Shown here: piece after piece, positions 10,766-20,047 of the stretch
Layout: every line of letters begins with the position of its first letter
Position numbering within the stretch: position 1 is the stretch's first letter
Source of the DNA: Candidatus Tenderia sp.
Lineage (GTDB): Bacteria; Pseudomonadota; Gammaproteobacteria; Tenderiales; Tenderiaceae
DNA: 64,000 nucleotides
Assembly (NCBI GenBank): GCA_031416075.1
Contig: JANOSY010000031.1
Location: 1 to 64,000 of the forward strand
Direction: 5' to 3'
Notes under the pieces: generated by a model
The model's input: only the letters and a program-made list of their open reading frames with translations
Told to the model about the DNA's origin: nothing
Database searches by the model: none
Translations under genes and position numbers: made by a program

Positions 10766-11428
10766 TTAAGCCTCACTTTTAATAGTTGGCAGCTGTCTTT
10801 TAGCACGTGTGACAGCTAGGCCAAGGAGGCCTGCTGCAAATAACAATATTGTAGCAGGTTCTGGAATCGCATCGGTATCAGCCATAAACTGGAAGGTGTT
10901 GCCTGAAGCAAATCCTGTCACACCCCAATCAAGGGTCAACGAACCGTACAGGTCCGGTGCGCTATACACATTACTATACGAAAATGACCCCGGCGCATTT
11001 GTCAGGCCAGGTGTAAATACACGCCCTGGACCAGAACCTGGGGTCTCTTCAGCACCGAACATATTATCAAAAACAATATCCGCCATCAGGGCATCGATAG
11101 CGATTTTCATAAGAGAGTTGCCTGACGCATTGTTCAGTGTCCAAACCCCTAACAACTGACTTCCAGGTCCAAATTGACCAAATGTTTCACCCTGCTGGGT
11201 CAACGACCACCCGGTACCAAACGCTCCACCCGCATAGCCTTCTTGATAAGCTGGGGTTCCATTTGTGCTGGTAGTAACCCAAGTAGCAGTTTCAAATCCG
11301 CCGCCTGCAAAATATGCCGTTACATTAATGCCCGCCATATCAGCACCAGTGATATTGGATTTAATGACTGTAGAGTAAGCGGGGTTTACCCATGCAACCA
11401 AGGACAGTACCAGCAGTAGTTTTTTCAT
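10766..11428 (-). CDS. PEP-CTERM sorting domain protein
   Basis: Signal peptide; Gly/Thr/Ser-rich body; C-terminal 'IPEPATILLFAAGLLGLAVTRAKRQ' (PEP, TM, basic tail). Confidence 0.92.
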   Translation of the reverse strand: MKKLLLVLSLVAWVNPAYSTVIKSNITGADMAGINVTAYFAGGGFETATWVTTSTNGTPAYQEGYAGGAFGTGWSLTQQGETFGQFGPGSQLLGVWTLNNASGNSLMKIAIDALMADIVFDNMFGAEETPGSGPGRVFTPGLTNAPGSFSYSNVYSAPDLYGSLTLDWGVTGFASGNTFQFMADTDAIPEPATILLFAAGLLGLAVTRAKRQLPTIKSEA

Positions 11429-11488
11429 ATTTCACCCTATTATTTCATTGTTACTAAACATAGGCAATTGCCATTCGGTGCCATATAA

Positions 11489-11504
11489 TGCATTTTTTAC
11501 GCCA
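11489..11504 (-). promoter_or_regulatory. sigma-54 (-24/-12) promoter of the PEP-CTERM/lasso/kinase unit
   Basis: Minus strand TGGCGTAAAAAATGCA has GG-N10-GC spacing, 60 nt upstream of the ATG. Confidence 0.6.
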
Positions 11505-11577
11505 CAATAAAAACCACTCATAAAAACATGAAGTTAAAGACGGAAAGCATATTCCACAGTTGAAATCTTTATGCATC

Positions 11578-11594
11578 TGTAAAAAAAATCGACA
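11578..11594 (-). promoter_or_regulatory. Putative PEP-CTERM (PrsR-type) enhancer box
   Basis: 17-bp TGTCGATTTTTTTTACA (TGT-N11-ACA ending in TTTACA), 73 nt upstream of the sigma-54 site across an AT-rich spacer. Confidence 0.55.
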
Positions 11595-11815
11595 CACAGA
11601 GCTGGCTTTCAAAGCGCTCTAGGCATCCTCCTAGGCTCGATCACCTTACAAAGCCGCAAGCAAGAGAGTGGACTCGGGAATCAGTGCATTACCCGGACAT
11701 CACGGCCAGCATACTCACCCATGTAAAAAAACACAACAGCGAATACCACTGAGCAGAAATAGGATTACTGCAAAAAATGTTTGGAGTATACGATCGACAG
11801 AAGAATTGCTTATGA

Positions 11816-11889
11816 TGGAGGCTGAGGCCGGAATCGAACCGGCATTCACGGCTTTGCAGGCCGCTGCATAGCCATTCTGCCACCCAGCC
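11816..11889 (-). tRNA. tRNA-Cys(GCA)
   Basis: GGCTGGGTGGCAGAATGG...CTGCAAA...GGTTCGATTCCGGCCTCAGCCTCCA, 74 nt with CCA. Confidence 0.96.
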
Positions 11890-12008
11890 AGCGATACATG
11901 AAACACTATGACTTTGCTGCTTCCGCTAATAATACGCGCCACAAACAAACTGATGATTTTACAACTGTGTTGCCACCCCGAAAACATACCACCGAGGCAT
12001 ACTAAATT

Positions 12009-12083
12009 TGGAGCGGGAAACGAGATTCGAACTCGCGACCCCAACCTTGGCAAGGTTGTGCTCTACCACTGAGCTATTCCCGC
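12009..12083 (-). tRNA. tRNA-Gly(GCC)
   Basis: GCGGGAATAGCTCAGTGGTAGAGCACAACCTTGCCAAGGTTGGGG...TTCCCGCTCCA, 75 nt. Confidence 0.97.
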
Positions 12084-12104
12084 GCACCCTGTTAAGTGGC
12101 CGTC

Positions 12105-12132
12105 ATTATATAGCCTTTTTTATTCACGTCAA
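12105..12132 (-). promoter_or_regulatory. sigma-70 promoter of tRNA-Gly/Cys
   Basis: TTGACG-16nt-TATAAT followed by GC-rich discriminator GACGGCC. Confidence 0.7.
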
Positions 12133-12151
12133 CACCCACTTATATGTTTTT

Positions 12152-12712
12152 TTACACTTCTTCTTTACGCAATACTGGCCATGCCGCTTTCAGATAAATG
12201 ACCATGGACCAAAGGGTTAGAATAACAGCGGCGTAGAGGAAGATCATACCGAGCATGTGTATTGAAACACCTAGCAGCGGCGCGTCATAGAGCAGTATAA
12301 AAAGCGCTACCATCTGTGCGGTGGTCTTCCATTTACCCACATTTGAAACGGCTACCTGTGCACTTTCACCAATCTCGGCCATCCATTCACGGAGTGCTGA
12401 GATTGCAATTTCCCGACCGATAATCACGACTGTTGCGATGGTCATCCAGGGGGTGGGGTTTGCCTGAACCAATAGTATCAGCGCCGCCCCTACAATCAAC
12501 TTATCTGCCACAGGATCAAGAAACGCACCAAAGCGGGACATTTGATTCAATTTGCGCGCAAGGTAACCGTCAAGCCAGTCTGTGATGGCCGCTATACCAA
12601 AGATGATGGTGACAACTTCATTCACCCAGCTATAGGGCAGAAAAAAGATCACTACAAAGATGGGGATAAGGAGGATACGTAAATAGGTCAGGAGTGTTGG
12701 AATGCTGGTCAT
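12152..12712 (-). CDS. pgsA: CDP-diacylglycerol--glycerol-3-phosphate 3-phosphatidyltransferase
   Basis: 'TDWLDGYLAR...FGAFLDPVADK' motif; uvrC-pgsA-tRNA-Gly synteny. Confidence 0.96.
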   Translation of the reverse strand: MTSIPTLLTYLRILLIPIFVVIFFLPYSWVNEVVTIIFGIAAITDWLDGYLARKLNQMSRFGAFLDPVADKLIVGAALILLVQANPTPWMTIATVVIIGREIAISALREWMAEIGESAQVAVSNVGKWKTTAQMVALFILLYDAPLLGVSIHMLGMIFLYAAVILTLWSMVIYLKAAWPVLRKEEV

Positions 12713-12718
12713 ATCGCT

Positions 12719-14554
12719 TTAATTCTCTAAATGCAGGGCGTCGTAAATTTTTTGGGCCAAGTCACGGCTCACCCCTTTAACCTTGAGCAGATCATCCACA
12801 CCCGCCCGTGCGACCTCTTGCCAGCCACCAAACTGTCTCAATAGGTCACGCCGCCGTTTGGGGCCAACGCCTGGGATACCTTCCAGTGCGGACGTGTTGC
12901 GCGCCTTGGCACGTCGTTGCCGATGGCCGGTGATGGCAAAACGGTGCGCTTCGTCACGAATCTGCTGGATTAGATGCAGGGCTGGCGAATCGGTTGGCAG
13001 TATAGTCGGCTGCCCCTGCCCGCACAAGAAAAGCGTCTCCAACCCTGCTTTACGTTCTGGCCCTTTGGCGATCCCCACTAGCAGTACATCATTGACTTGC
13101 AGCTCCTCCAACACTTTTTGCGCCTCTGCCAGCTGTCCTTTACCACCATCAATAAAGAGTATGTCAGGCAACTTTCCTTCCCCCTCCTTTAAACGGGTAT
13201 ATCGACGGGTGAGCGCCTGATGCATGGCGGCATAATCGTCACCAGGGGTTATGCCCTCTATATTGAAGCGGCGGTAGTCACTCTTCAACGGCCCCTCTTC
13301 ATTAAACACCACGCAGGACGCCACGGTTGCTTCCCCCATCGTATGGCTGATATCAAAACATTCGAGCCGCTGGGGTGTGCTATCCAGTTTCAGGGCATCC
13401 TGTAACGCTTCATAACGTCTGTTCATGCCACTCTTGCTGGCCAGATGGCGTCGCAACGCGTCCTCCACATTGATAACTGCCATCTGCACCCAGCGTGCGC
13501 GGTCGCTACGCAGGCTGTGGCTGATGCTGACTTTGCGCCCTGCCTGTTCACCCAATACCGCCTCAAGCAGTTGTTGATCCTCGAGCGGCTGGTTGACCAG
13601 CACCTCTGTGGGTACCTGTTTGCCAATGTAGTATTGGGGCAGAAAAGCAGCGAGTATCTCCGCCTCGCTGGTGTCTTGGGTATGGCCGGGAAAGAATGTT
13701 TTGCTGCCCAACTGGCGGCCACCGCGAATAAAGACCACCTGCACACAACCAACACCTTTGTCATAGGCGCTCACGATCACATCCAGATCGCCGCCGGAAC
13801 CACTCACATATTGCCGTTCCTGAACACGACGCAGACTGGCAATCTGATCACGATATTGTGCGGCACGTTCAAACTCGAGTTTGGCGCTGGCCTCCTCCAT
13901 TTTGGTTACCAGCGTATCGATAACCTGGCTATCTTTTCCCTCAAGAAACAGTGTTGCCAGCCGCACATCGTCGGCATATTCCGCCGGTGTGATGTAATCA
14001 ACACAGGGGGCTGTGCAGCGTTTGATCTGGTACTGCAGGCAAGGCCGGGAGCGGTTGCTATAAAAAACATCTTCACACTGCCGGACACGAAAAACCTTTT
14101 GCAACAGATTCAAGGTCTCGCGCACAGCACCGGCGCTGGGGTATGGGCCAAAATAACGGCCACGAGCACGTTTTGCACCACGATGGTAGGCCAGTCGCGG
14201 AAACGGGTCTGATGAGAGAAATATATAGGGGTAGCTTTTATCATCGCGCAGCAAGACGTTGTAACGAGGGCGCAGCTCTTTGATCAGGTTGTTCTCAAGA
14301 ATCAGCGCCTCATTCTCAGTGTGTGTCACCGTGACGTCTATATTGGCAATCTGGCTCACCAAGGCTCGGGTTTTGGGGGTGGTGATATTGCGACTAAAAT
14401 AACTGCCCACCCGTTTGGCCAGATTGCGCGCCTTGCCAACGTAGATCACCTCCCCGCTCGCATTTAACATGCGATAAACACCGGGGCGTGTACTCAATGT
14501 TTTGAGATATGCCTTGGCATCAAAAACGATCTCCGACTGTTGATCAGTGGCCAC
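12719..14554 (-). CDS. uvrC: Excinuclease ABC subunit C
   Basis: GIY-YIG 'PGVYRM...IYVGKA', 'ECFDISH', 'IDGGKGQL', C-terminal HhH. Confidence 0.97.
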   Translation of the reverse strand: MATDQQSEIVFDAKAYLKTLSTRPGVYRMLNASGEVIYVGKARNLAKRVGSYFSRNITTPKTRALVSQIANIDVTVTHTENEALILENNLIKELRPRYNVLLRDDKSYPYIFLSSDPFPRLAYHRGAKRARGRYFGPYPSAGAVRETLNLLQKVFRVRQCEDVFYSNRSRPCLQYQIKRCTAPCVDYITPAEYADDVRLATLFLEGKDSQVIDTLVTKMEEASAKLEFERAAQYRDQIASLRRVQERQYVSGSGGDLDVIVSAYDKGVGCVQVVFIRGGRQLGSKTFFPGHTQDTSEAEILAAFLPQYYIGKQVPTEVLVNQPLEDQQLLEAVLGEQAGRKVSISHSLRSDRARWVQMAVINVEDALRRHLASKSGMNRRYEALQDALKLDSTPQRLECFDISHTMGEATVASCVVFNEEGPLKSDYRRFNIEGITPGDDYAAMHQALTRRYTRLKEGEGKLPDILFIDGGKGQLAEAQKVLEELQVNDVLLVGIAKGPERKAGLETLFLCGQGQPTILPTDSPALHLIQQIRDEAHRFAITGHRQRRAKARNTSALEGIPGVGPKRRRDLLRQFGGWQEVARAGVDDLLKVKGVSRDLAQKIYDALHLEN

Positions 14555-14557
14555 CCG

Positions 14558-15199
14558 CTAATACGCCACTGGACTCGTGCCCATCAGTACTTTGGTGCGG
14601 GCAAAAACATTGGCAAACATCTCAGGGGTTAACCGTTTTGTCTGGGTGTTGTAGCGACTGCAGTGGTAGGAGTCAAGCAACCATAACCCGTTGGGCAGTG
14701 GGTGCTCTGCGGCGTGGCCGAATTTATATGCCGCTGGTTTTAAACCAAACGCCCTCACTACGGCCCCATGGGCAATCGCCCCTAGCGCCAGCACCACAGT
14801 GCCTGGTTTTAGCTGTTGCAGCTCTTGCCGGAGAAAATCATTGCAGATTTTAACCTCATCCGTGGTGGGTTTATTTTGCGGTGGCAGGCATTTGACCGCG
14901 TTGGTGATACGACATTTTTTCAATACCAAACCATCGTCAACAGCGAGAGATACCGGCTTGTTGCTAAAACCAAAATCAAACAGCGTCTGGTAGAGCAGTA
15001 TGCCGGCATGGTCACCGGTAAATGGCCGCCCGGTGGCATTGGCACCGTGCATACCCGGCGCTAAGCCTACAATTAGCAGCTCGATATTTTTTGCGCCGAA
15101 GGGGGCTACCGGGCGGGCGTGATAGTCGGGGTATTCCTCCCCCACCTCATCCAGAAACAGGGCAAGCCGCGGGCAACGACGACAATGAAGATCAAACAT
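14558..15199 (-). CDS. Uracil-DNA glycosylase family 5 (UdgB-like, Fe-S)
   Basis: 'CRRCPRL', 'GLAPGMHGANATGRPFTGD', 'SYHCSRYNT'; start set at MFDLHC. Confidence 0.88.
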   Translation of the reverse strand: MFDLHCRRCPRLALFLDEVGEEYPDYHARPVAPFGAKNIELLIVGLAPGMHGANATGRPFTGDHAGILLYQTLFDFGFSNKPVSLAVDDGLVLKKCRITNAVKCLPPQNKPTTDEVKICNDFLRQELQQLKPGTVVLALGAIAHGAVVRAFGLKPAAYKFGHAAEHPLPNGLWLLDSYHCSRYNTQTKRLTPEMFANVFARTKVLMGTSPVAY

Positions 15200-15350
15200 A
15201 ACGGCTGAACCAATACAATAAGGGTGCAGAAATTTTAACATCAACGGCAGCTGTTGGGCCTGTTTTCAAACCACAGGGACCAAACTGGCTGGGTGATACA
15301 TTTACTCCCCCTCCCACAAGATCAACAATATGTGGACCGTTATCGCGCTG

Positions 15351-16319
15351 TTATGGCGTCAGGCTGGCGTGTGCCGCCGGTAGCTGATCTGCAGCGCAAC
15401 GAAACCCGACATCGGCATAACTACCCACCTGCGGAAACGCACCACGATAGGCTGCGCGTTCGAACAGGTGAAGTGTGTAGTGACCATTACCCCCCCAACC
15501 CGCGCCTTTGACTACCTTGAGCTTTTCGCCAAAGTCATCACTCATATAATCACTGCCGGGATAGGCTTGGTACCAATCTGCCACCCACTCCGACACGTTA
15601 CCGGTCAGGTCGTAAACACCATACTCAGACTTATCCGATGGATAGGCATCCACAGGGGCAATGCCATCATCCCACTGCTCATCTTCGGTATCGCTCATAC
15701 TGGCCTGCCAGACGTCACCCCAGGGGAACTCACGGCCATTGGGGCCACGGGCACTCTTCTCCCACTCCGCCTCTGATGGCAGATGTTTACCGGCCCAACG
15801 ACAATATTGATCCGCGTCACTCCACGCCACATAGTTCACCGGCAGGCGATCCATGTAGGTAAGACGTTCATTGATGGCAACCACCAGCGGTGCCTTATCC
15901 ATGCCACGGGTATCGAGGTCGAGATGAAAGGCCTTGGTTGCCAGCTTACGCAGCACCTCCACAGGCAGATGGTCCATGTCCGCCTGACGCAGGCTGAGTA
16001 GATAACCATTCTCCACCCACTGTATAGGAGGGGTTACACCTGTCGCCTTCACGTATTCGGCGTACTGTTGGTAGGTAACCTCGTAGGCATCGATATAAAA
16101 ATCGGGCAGCTCTACGGTATGTAACGGGTGTTCATCGAGATAGAGCGGTTTGACGTTGCCGTACTCCAGCCCCATCTTCTCCACGTCCCCTTTATCACTG
16201 CCCATGATGAACTTACCGGCAGGCACCAACACCATGTCACCAATGGCGGCATGGGCAATACTGACATTTAACAACAGGCCGGCAACAATAAAGGCGACTG
16301 CTTTGGCTGGACGCACCAT
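15351..16319 (-). CDS. SUMF1/FGE-sulfatase domain protein, exported
   Basis: 'MVLVPAGKFIMGS', 'YEVT..QY', 'LPSEAEWEKSARG', 'DLTGNVSEW', 'VGFRCA'; signal peptide from ATG 16319. Confidence 0.85.
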   Translation of the reverse strand: MVRPAKAVAFIVAGLLLNVSIAHAAIGDMVLVPAGKFIMGSDKGDVEKMGLEYGNVKPLYLDEHPLHTVELPDFYIDAYEVTYQQYAEYVKATGVTPPIQWVENGYLLSLRQADMDHLPVEVLRKLATKAFHLDLDTRGMDKAPLVVAINERLTYMDRLPVNYVAWSDADQYCRWAGKHLPSEAEWEKSARGPNGREFPWGDVWQASMSDTEDEQWDDGIAPVDAYPSDKSEYGVYDLTGNVSEWVADWYQAYPGSDYMSDDFGEKLKVVKGAGWGGNGHYTLHLFERAAYRGAFPQVGSYADVGFRCAADQLPAAHASLTP

Positions 16320-16423
16320 CTCTGACTCCCCAAAAAATATCGTTGATATGAACGGTTGGGGGGATAACACTTATTCAAACACCCTCAACACTATTGTTTT
16401 ATGGTTCTGTGATGATGTTCAAA

Positions 16424-18520
16424 CTACCCCGCCAACTGGGTCAACAATACTCCTTGTGCTGAGAATGTACACCCATTCGGTTCGCTGAGACGGCGGTAGC
16501 TACCATCATTCTGCAGCTCCCACGCCTGGCAACTCTCCTGTAGATAGCTATTCAGATCTTTGATGACGCGGTTGCGAATCGACTTCAGCTCCAGCGGGAA
16601 ACAGACCTCGACCCGACTGAACATATTCCGCTCCATCCAGTCGGCGCTTGCACCATATACCTCAGGATCGCCACCGTTTTCAAAATAGAAGATGCGGGCA
16701 TGTTCCAGGAAACGGCCAATCACGGAGAGCACCCGAATATTCTCCGAGACACCCACGATCCCCGGGCGCAGGCGACACATGCCCCGCACAATCAGGTCAA
16801 CCTTTACCCCGGCCATGGAGGCACGATAGAGCGCCTGGATCAAGGAAGGGTCAGTCAATGAGTTCATCTTCAAAATGATACGCGCCAATTTTTTATCTGC
16901 CTTGGCATTGGCAGTCTCACGCTCAATCTTCTCCAGCATCGCCTTGTGCAGGGTAAAGGGTGAGTGGAGAATTTTATTCAATTTTGGAATTTTTCCCAGG
17001 CTGGTCAGCTGGTTAAATACCAGATGTACATCGGCACCAATCACCTTGTCGGCGGTAAACAGACCGTAATCGGTGTAGATGCGCGACGTGCGGGGATGGT
17101 AATTGCCGGTGCCCAGATGAGTGTAGTAATTGATCTTCTTGCCGTCACGTCTGACCACCAGGATCATCTTGGCGTGAGTCTTGTAGCCAACCACGCCGTA
17201 GACCACATGAACCCCCGCCTCCTGCAGACGGGTCGCGAGCACCACGTTGGCCTCCTCATCAAACCGCGCCATCAGCTCGATGACCACCGTCACCTCTTTG
17301 CCTGACTGCGCCGCCTTGACCAGCGCCCCCACTACTGCGGAATCGGCACCGGTACGGTAGAGGGTCTGCCTAATCGCCAGCACCTTGGGATCTTCCGCCG
17401 CCTGGCGCACAAAATCAATCACCGGCAGGAATGATTCATAGGGGTGGTGCAAAAGGATATCCTGCTTATCGATGGCCTCAAAGATATCCTTCTTGCTAAC
17501 CACCTGCTTTGGCATGCCGGGAGTAAACGGGGGAAATTTCAACTCCGGTCTACTAACCAGGTCACAGACATCCTGGATTCGATTGAGGTTGACCGGGCCA
17601 TCCACCTGATAAACATCGCCACTTTCGATACGGAACTGCCCCTTCAGATATTCAACCAGTTCAACGGGACAGTTGTGGGCCACTTCAAGACGGACCACAT
17701 CGCCAAAGTGGCGTGTCACCAGTTCGCCCTGGATCGCCAGCTTGAGATCGACGATCTCTTCGTCATCGACAAACAGTTCGCTGTTGCGGGTGACGCGAAA
17801 CTGGTAGAACCCCTCCACATTCATGCCATAGAAGATGGCATCGGCGTTGGCGTGAATGACAGAGGAGAGAAAGACAAAGTCATGCGGCCCACCGCCAGTC
17901 TCGGCTGCTGGTAGCTGAATGATACGCGGCAGTGAACGTGGCGCCTGCAACACTGCCAGACGGCTGTTGCGACCAAAGGCATCCTTACCCGTCAGGGAGA
18001 TGATGAAGTAAAGCCCCTTGTTGATGATGCGCGGAAAGGGGTGCGCCGGATCGAGTCCCATGGGGCTGAGCATCGGCTGAATTTCAGACTTGAAATAGTT
18101 ACGTAACCAAGCCGCCTGTGATTCGCTCCATTCAATACGACGTACGAAACGGATCTTCTCAACCTCACACTGCGGCAGCAATACCTCATTGAGAACACGG
18201 TACTGATCCGCCACCAGCTCATGCGCCCGCAGGCTTACTTCACGCATGGTTTCGACGGAAGACATATTGTCCGGCCCGGTCTGGGTTGAACCAAGTGCAA
18301 TCTTCTGCTTCAACCCCGAAACCCGTACCTCAAAAAATTCGTCAAGGTTGGAGCTGGAGATGGATAAATAACGCAGTCGTTCCAACAACGGCACGGTGCC
18401 GTCCTCGGCCTGCGCCAGGACACGACGGTTAAACTCAATCAGGCTAAGTTCACGATTAATATAGTAATCAGACTGTTTTAGATCAGGGTCACTCATAAGC
18501 GGGGAATTGTTCTCATCCAT
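16424..18520 (-). CDS. ppk1: Polyphosphate kinase 1
   Basis: 'INRELS..FNRRVL', 'LLHHPYESF', 'KTHAK', 'GRFLEH'. Confidence 0.97.
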   Translation of the reverse strand: MDENNSPLMSDPDLKQSDYYINRELSLIEFNRRVLAQAEDGTVPLLERLRYLSISSSNLDEFFEVRVSGLKQKIALGSTQTGPDNMSSVETMREVSLRAHELVADQYRVLNEVLLPQCEVEKIRFVRRIEWSESQAAWLRNYFKSEIQPMLSPMGLDPAHPFPRIINKGLYFIISLTGKDAFGRNSRLAVLQAPRSLPRIIQLPAAETGGGPHDFVFLSSVIHANADAIFYGMNVEGFYQFRVTRNSELFVDDEEIVDLKLAIQGELVTRHFGDVVRLEVAHNCPVELVEYLKGQFRIESGDVYQVDGPVNLNRIQDVCDLVSRPELKFPPFTPGMPKQVVSKKDIFEAIDKQDILLHHPYESFLPVIDFVRQAAEDPKVLAIRQTLYRTGADSAVVGALVKAAQSGKEVTVVIELMARFDEEANVVLATRLQEAGVHVVYGVVGYKTHAKMILVVRRDGKKINYYTHLGTGNYHPRTSRIYTDYGLFTADKVIGADVHLVFNQLTSLGKIPKLNKILHSPFTLHKAMLEKIERETANAKADKKLARIILKMNSLTDPSLIQALYRASMAGVKVDLIVRGMCRLRPGIVGVSENIRVLSVIGRFLEHARIFYFENGGDPEVYGASADWMERNMFSRVEVCFPLELKSIRNRVIKDLNSYLQESCQAWELQNDGSYRRLSEPNGCTFSAQGVLLTQLAG

Positions 18521-18609
18521 ACACCTTGATATAAGGTGTGTTAGTGACAGATTTATAAAACATTGTTATTTACAAAGTTGTATCGGTCTTAAATGCCAAT
18601 GGTTAAAGG

Positions 18610-19977
18610 TTAAAACGCGTCAATCGCCTCACTCAACCGCTGCACAGCAATCACTTCAATATCCTCACTCATCTTTTTGGGTAGATTTGCTTTAGGCACA
18701 ATGGCCCGTTTAAAACCATGCTTGGCCGCCTCCTTAAGGCGATCCATGCCCCCCTGCACCGGTCGAATCTCACCGGCCAGACCCACCTCACCAAAAATCA
18801 CCGTATCCTTGGGCAATACCCGGTTACGCAGACTGGAGAGCACGGCCAGCAGTAGCGGCAGATCAGCGGCAGTCTCGGAGACACGCACCCCACCGACCAC
18901 GTTAATAAAGACATCCTGATCATAGGTAGCAATGCCGCCGTGGCGCTGCAATACCGCCAGCAACATCGCCAGACGGTTCTGGTCCAGCCCCACCGCCACA
19001 CGACGCGGATTGCCCATGTGGCTCTCCGCCACCAGCGCCTGCACCTCCACCAGCAGTGGCCGACTCCCCTCACGGGTCACCATAATGGCACTACCGGGCA
19101 CCTCTTGGTCATGGCGCGAAAGAAAGATCGCCGACGGGTTATTAACCTCACGCAACCCCTTCTCCGTCATGGCAAATACACCCAACTCATTCACCGCGCC
19201 AAAACGGTTTTTGATGGCCCGCACCACCCGGAACTGGCTGCTGGGGTCCCCCTCAAAATAGAGCACCGTATCCACCATATGCTCCAGCACCCGTGGCCCC
19301 GCCAGTGTCCCCTCTTTGGTCACGTGTCCCACCAGAAACAGCGCTGTGCCGCTCTGCTTGGCGTAACGGACCAGCTGTGCCGCACTCTCACGCACCTGGG
19401 CCACAGAGCCAGGGGCCGACTGCAACTGCTCGGTATAGATAGTCTGGATAGAGTCGACTACCATCGCCTGCGGCTGCTCATGTTGGGCATGGGCAATAAT
19501 CGCCTCAACGTTGGTCTCGGCCAGCAGCCGCACCTCATCCGCTGCCAGACTCAGGCGATGGGCGTGCATACTGACCTGCTCCAGCGACTCCTCCCCTGTC
19601 ACATATAGGGTTTTGATCTGCTCGCTGAGTTGAGCCACCGTCTGTAACAGCAGAGTCGACTTGCCAACCCCCGGATCACCGCCGATCAAAATGACAGAGC
19701 CCGGTACTAGGCCTCCACCCAATACCCGGTCAAGCTCACGCTGCCCCGTAGGAGTACGTGCCACATCCCCCGGCTGAACCGCCGACAGTTTCTGCACCGC
19801 CGCCCGCTCCGTGGCACCGGCGTAACCGGCAAAGCGGGGATTTGCCTTAGCCACCGCAGCGACTGCCGCTACTTCAACCAGGGAGTTCCAGGCGTTGCAG
19901 TCGGGACACTGCCCGCCCCACTTCGGCTGCTGAGCGCCACATTCGGTACAGCTATAGAGTACTTTTGGTTTGGCCAT
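18610..19977 (-). CDS. radA: DNA repair protein RadA/Sms
   Basis: C4 Zn finger, Walker A 'GDPGVGKS', 'KNRFG'. Confidence 0.97.
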   Translation of the reverse strand: MAKPKVLYSCTECGAQQPKWGGQCPDCNAWNSLVEVAAVAAVAKANPRFAGYAGATERAAVQKLSAVQPGDVARTPTGQRELDRVLGGGLVPGSVILIGGDPGVGKSTLLLQTVAQLSEQIKTLYVTGEESLEQVSMHAHRLSLAADEVRLLAETNVEAIIAHAQHEQPQAMVVDSIQTIYTEQLQSAPGSVAQVRESAAQLVRYAKQSGTALFLVGHVTKEGTLAGPRVLEHMVDTVLYFEGDPSSQFRVVRAIKNRFGAVNELGVFAMTEKGLREVNNPSAIFLSRHDQEVPGSAIMVTREGSRPLLVEVQALVAESHMGNPRRVAVGLDQNRLAMLLAVLQRHGGIATYDQDVFINVVGGVRVSETAADLPLLLAVLSSLRNRVLPKDTVIFGEVGLAGEIRPVQGGMDRLKEAAKHGFKRAIVPKANLPKKMSEDIEVIAVQRLSEAIDAF

Positions 19978-20047
19978 CGATATTTACTTAAATAAAACTG
20001 TAAGGGGATCGTTAATAACACGACAATAACCACATAGCCACTCTACC

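Noticed and set aside
11668-12220. ORFs overlapping tRNA-Cys and tRNA-Gly (likewise 28042-28537 over tRNA-Val)
   Set aside because: Shadow ORFs of tRNA genes.
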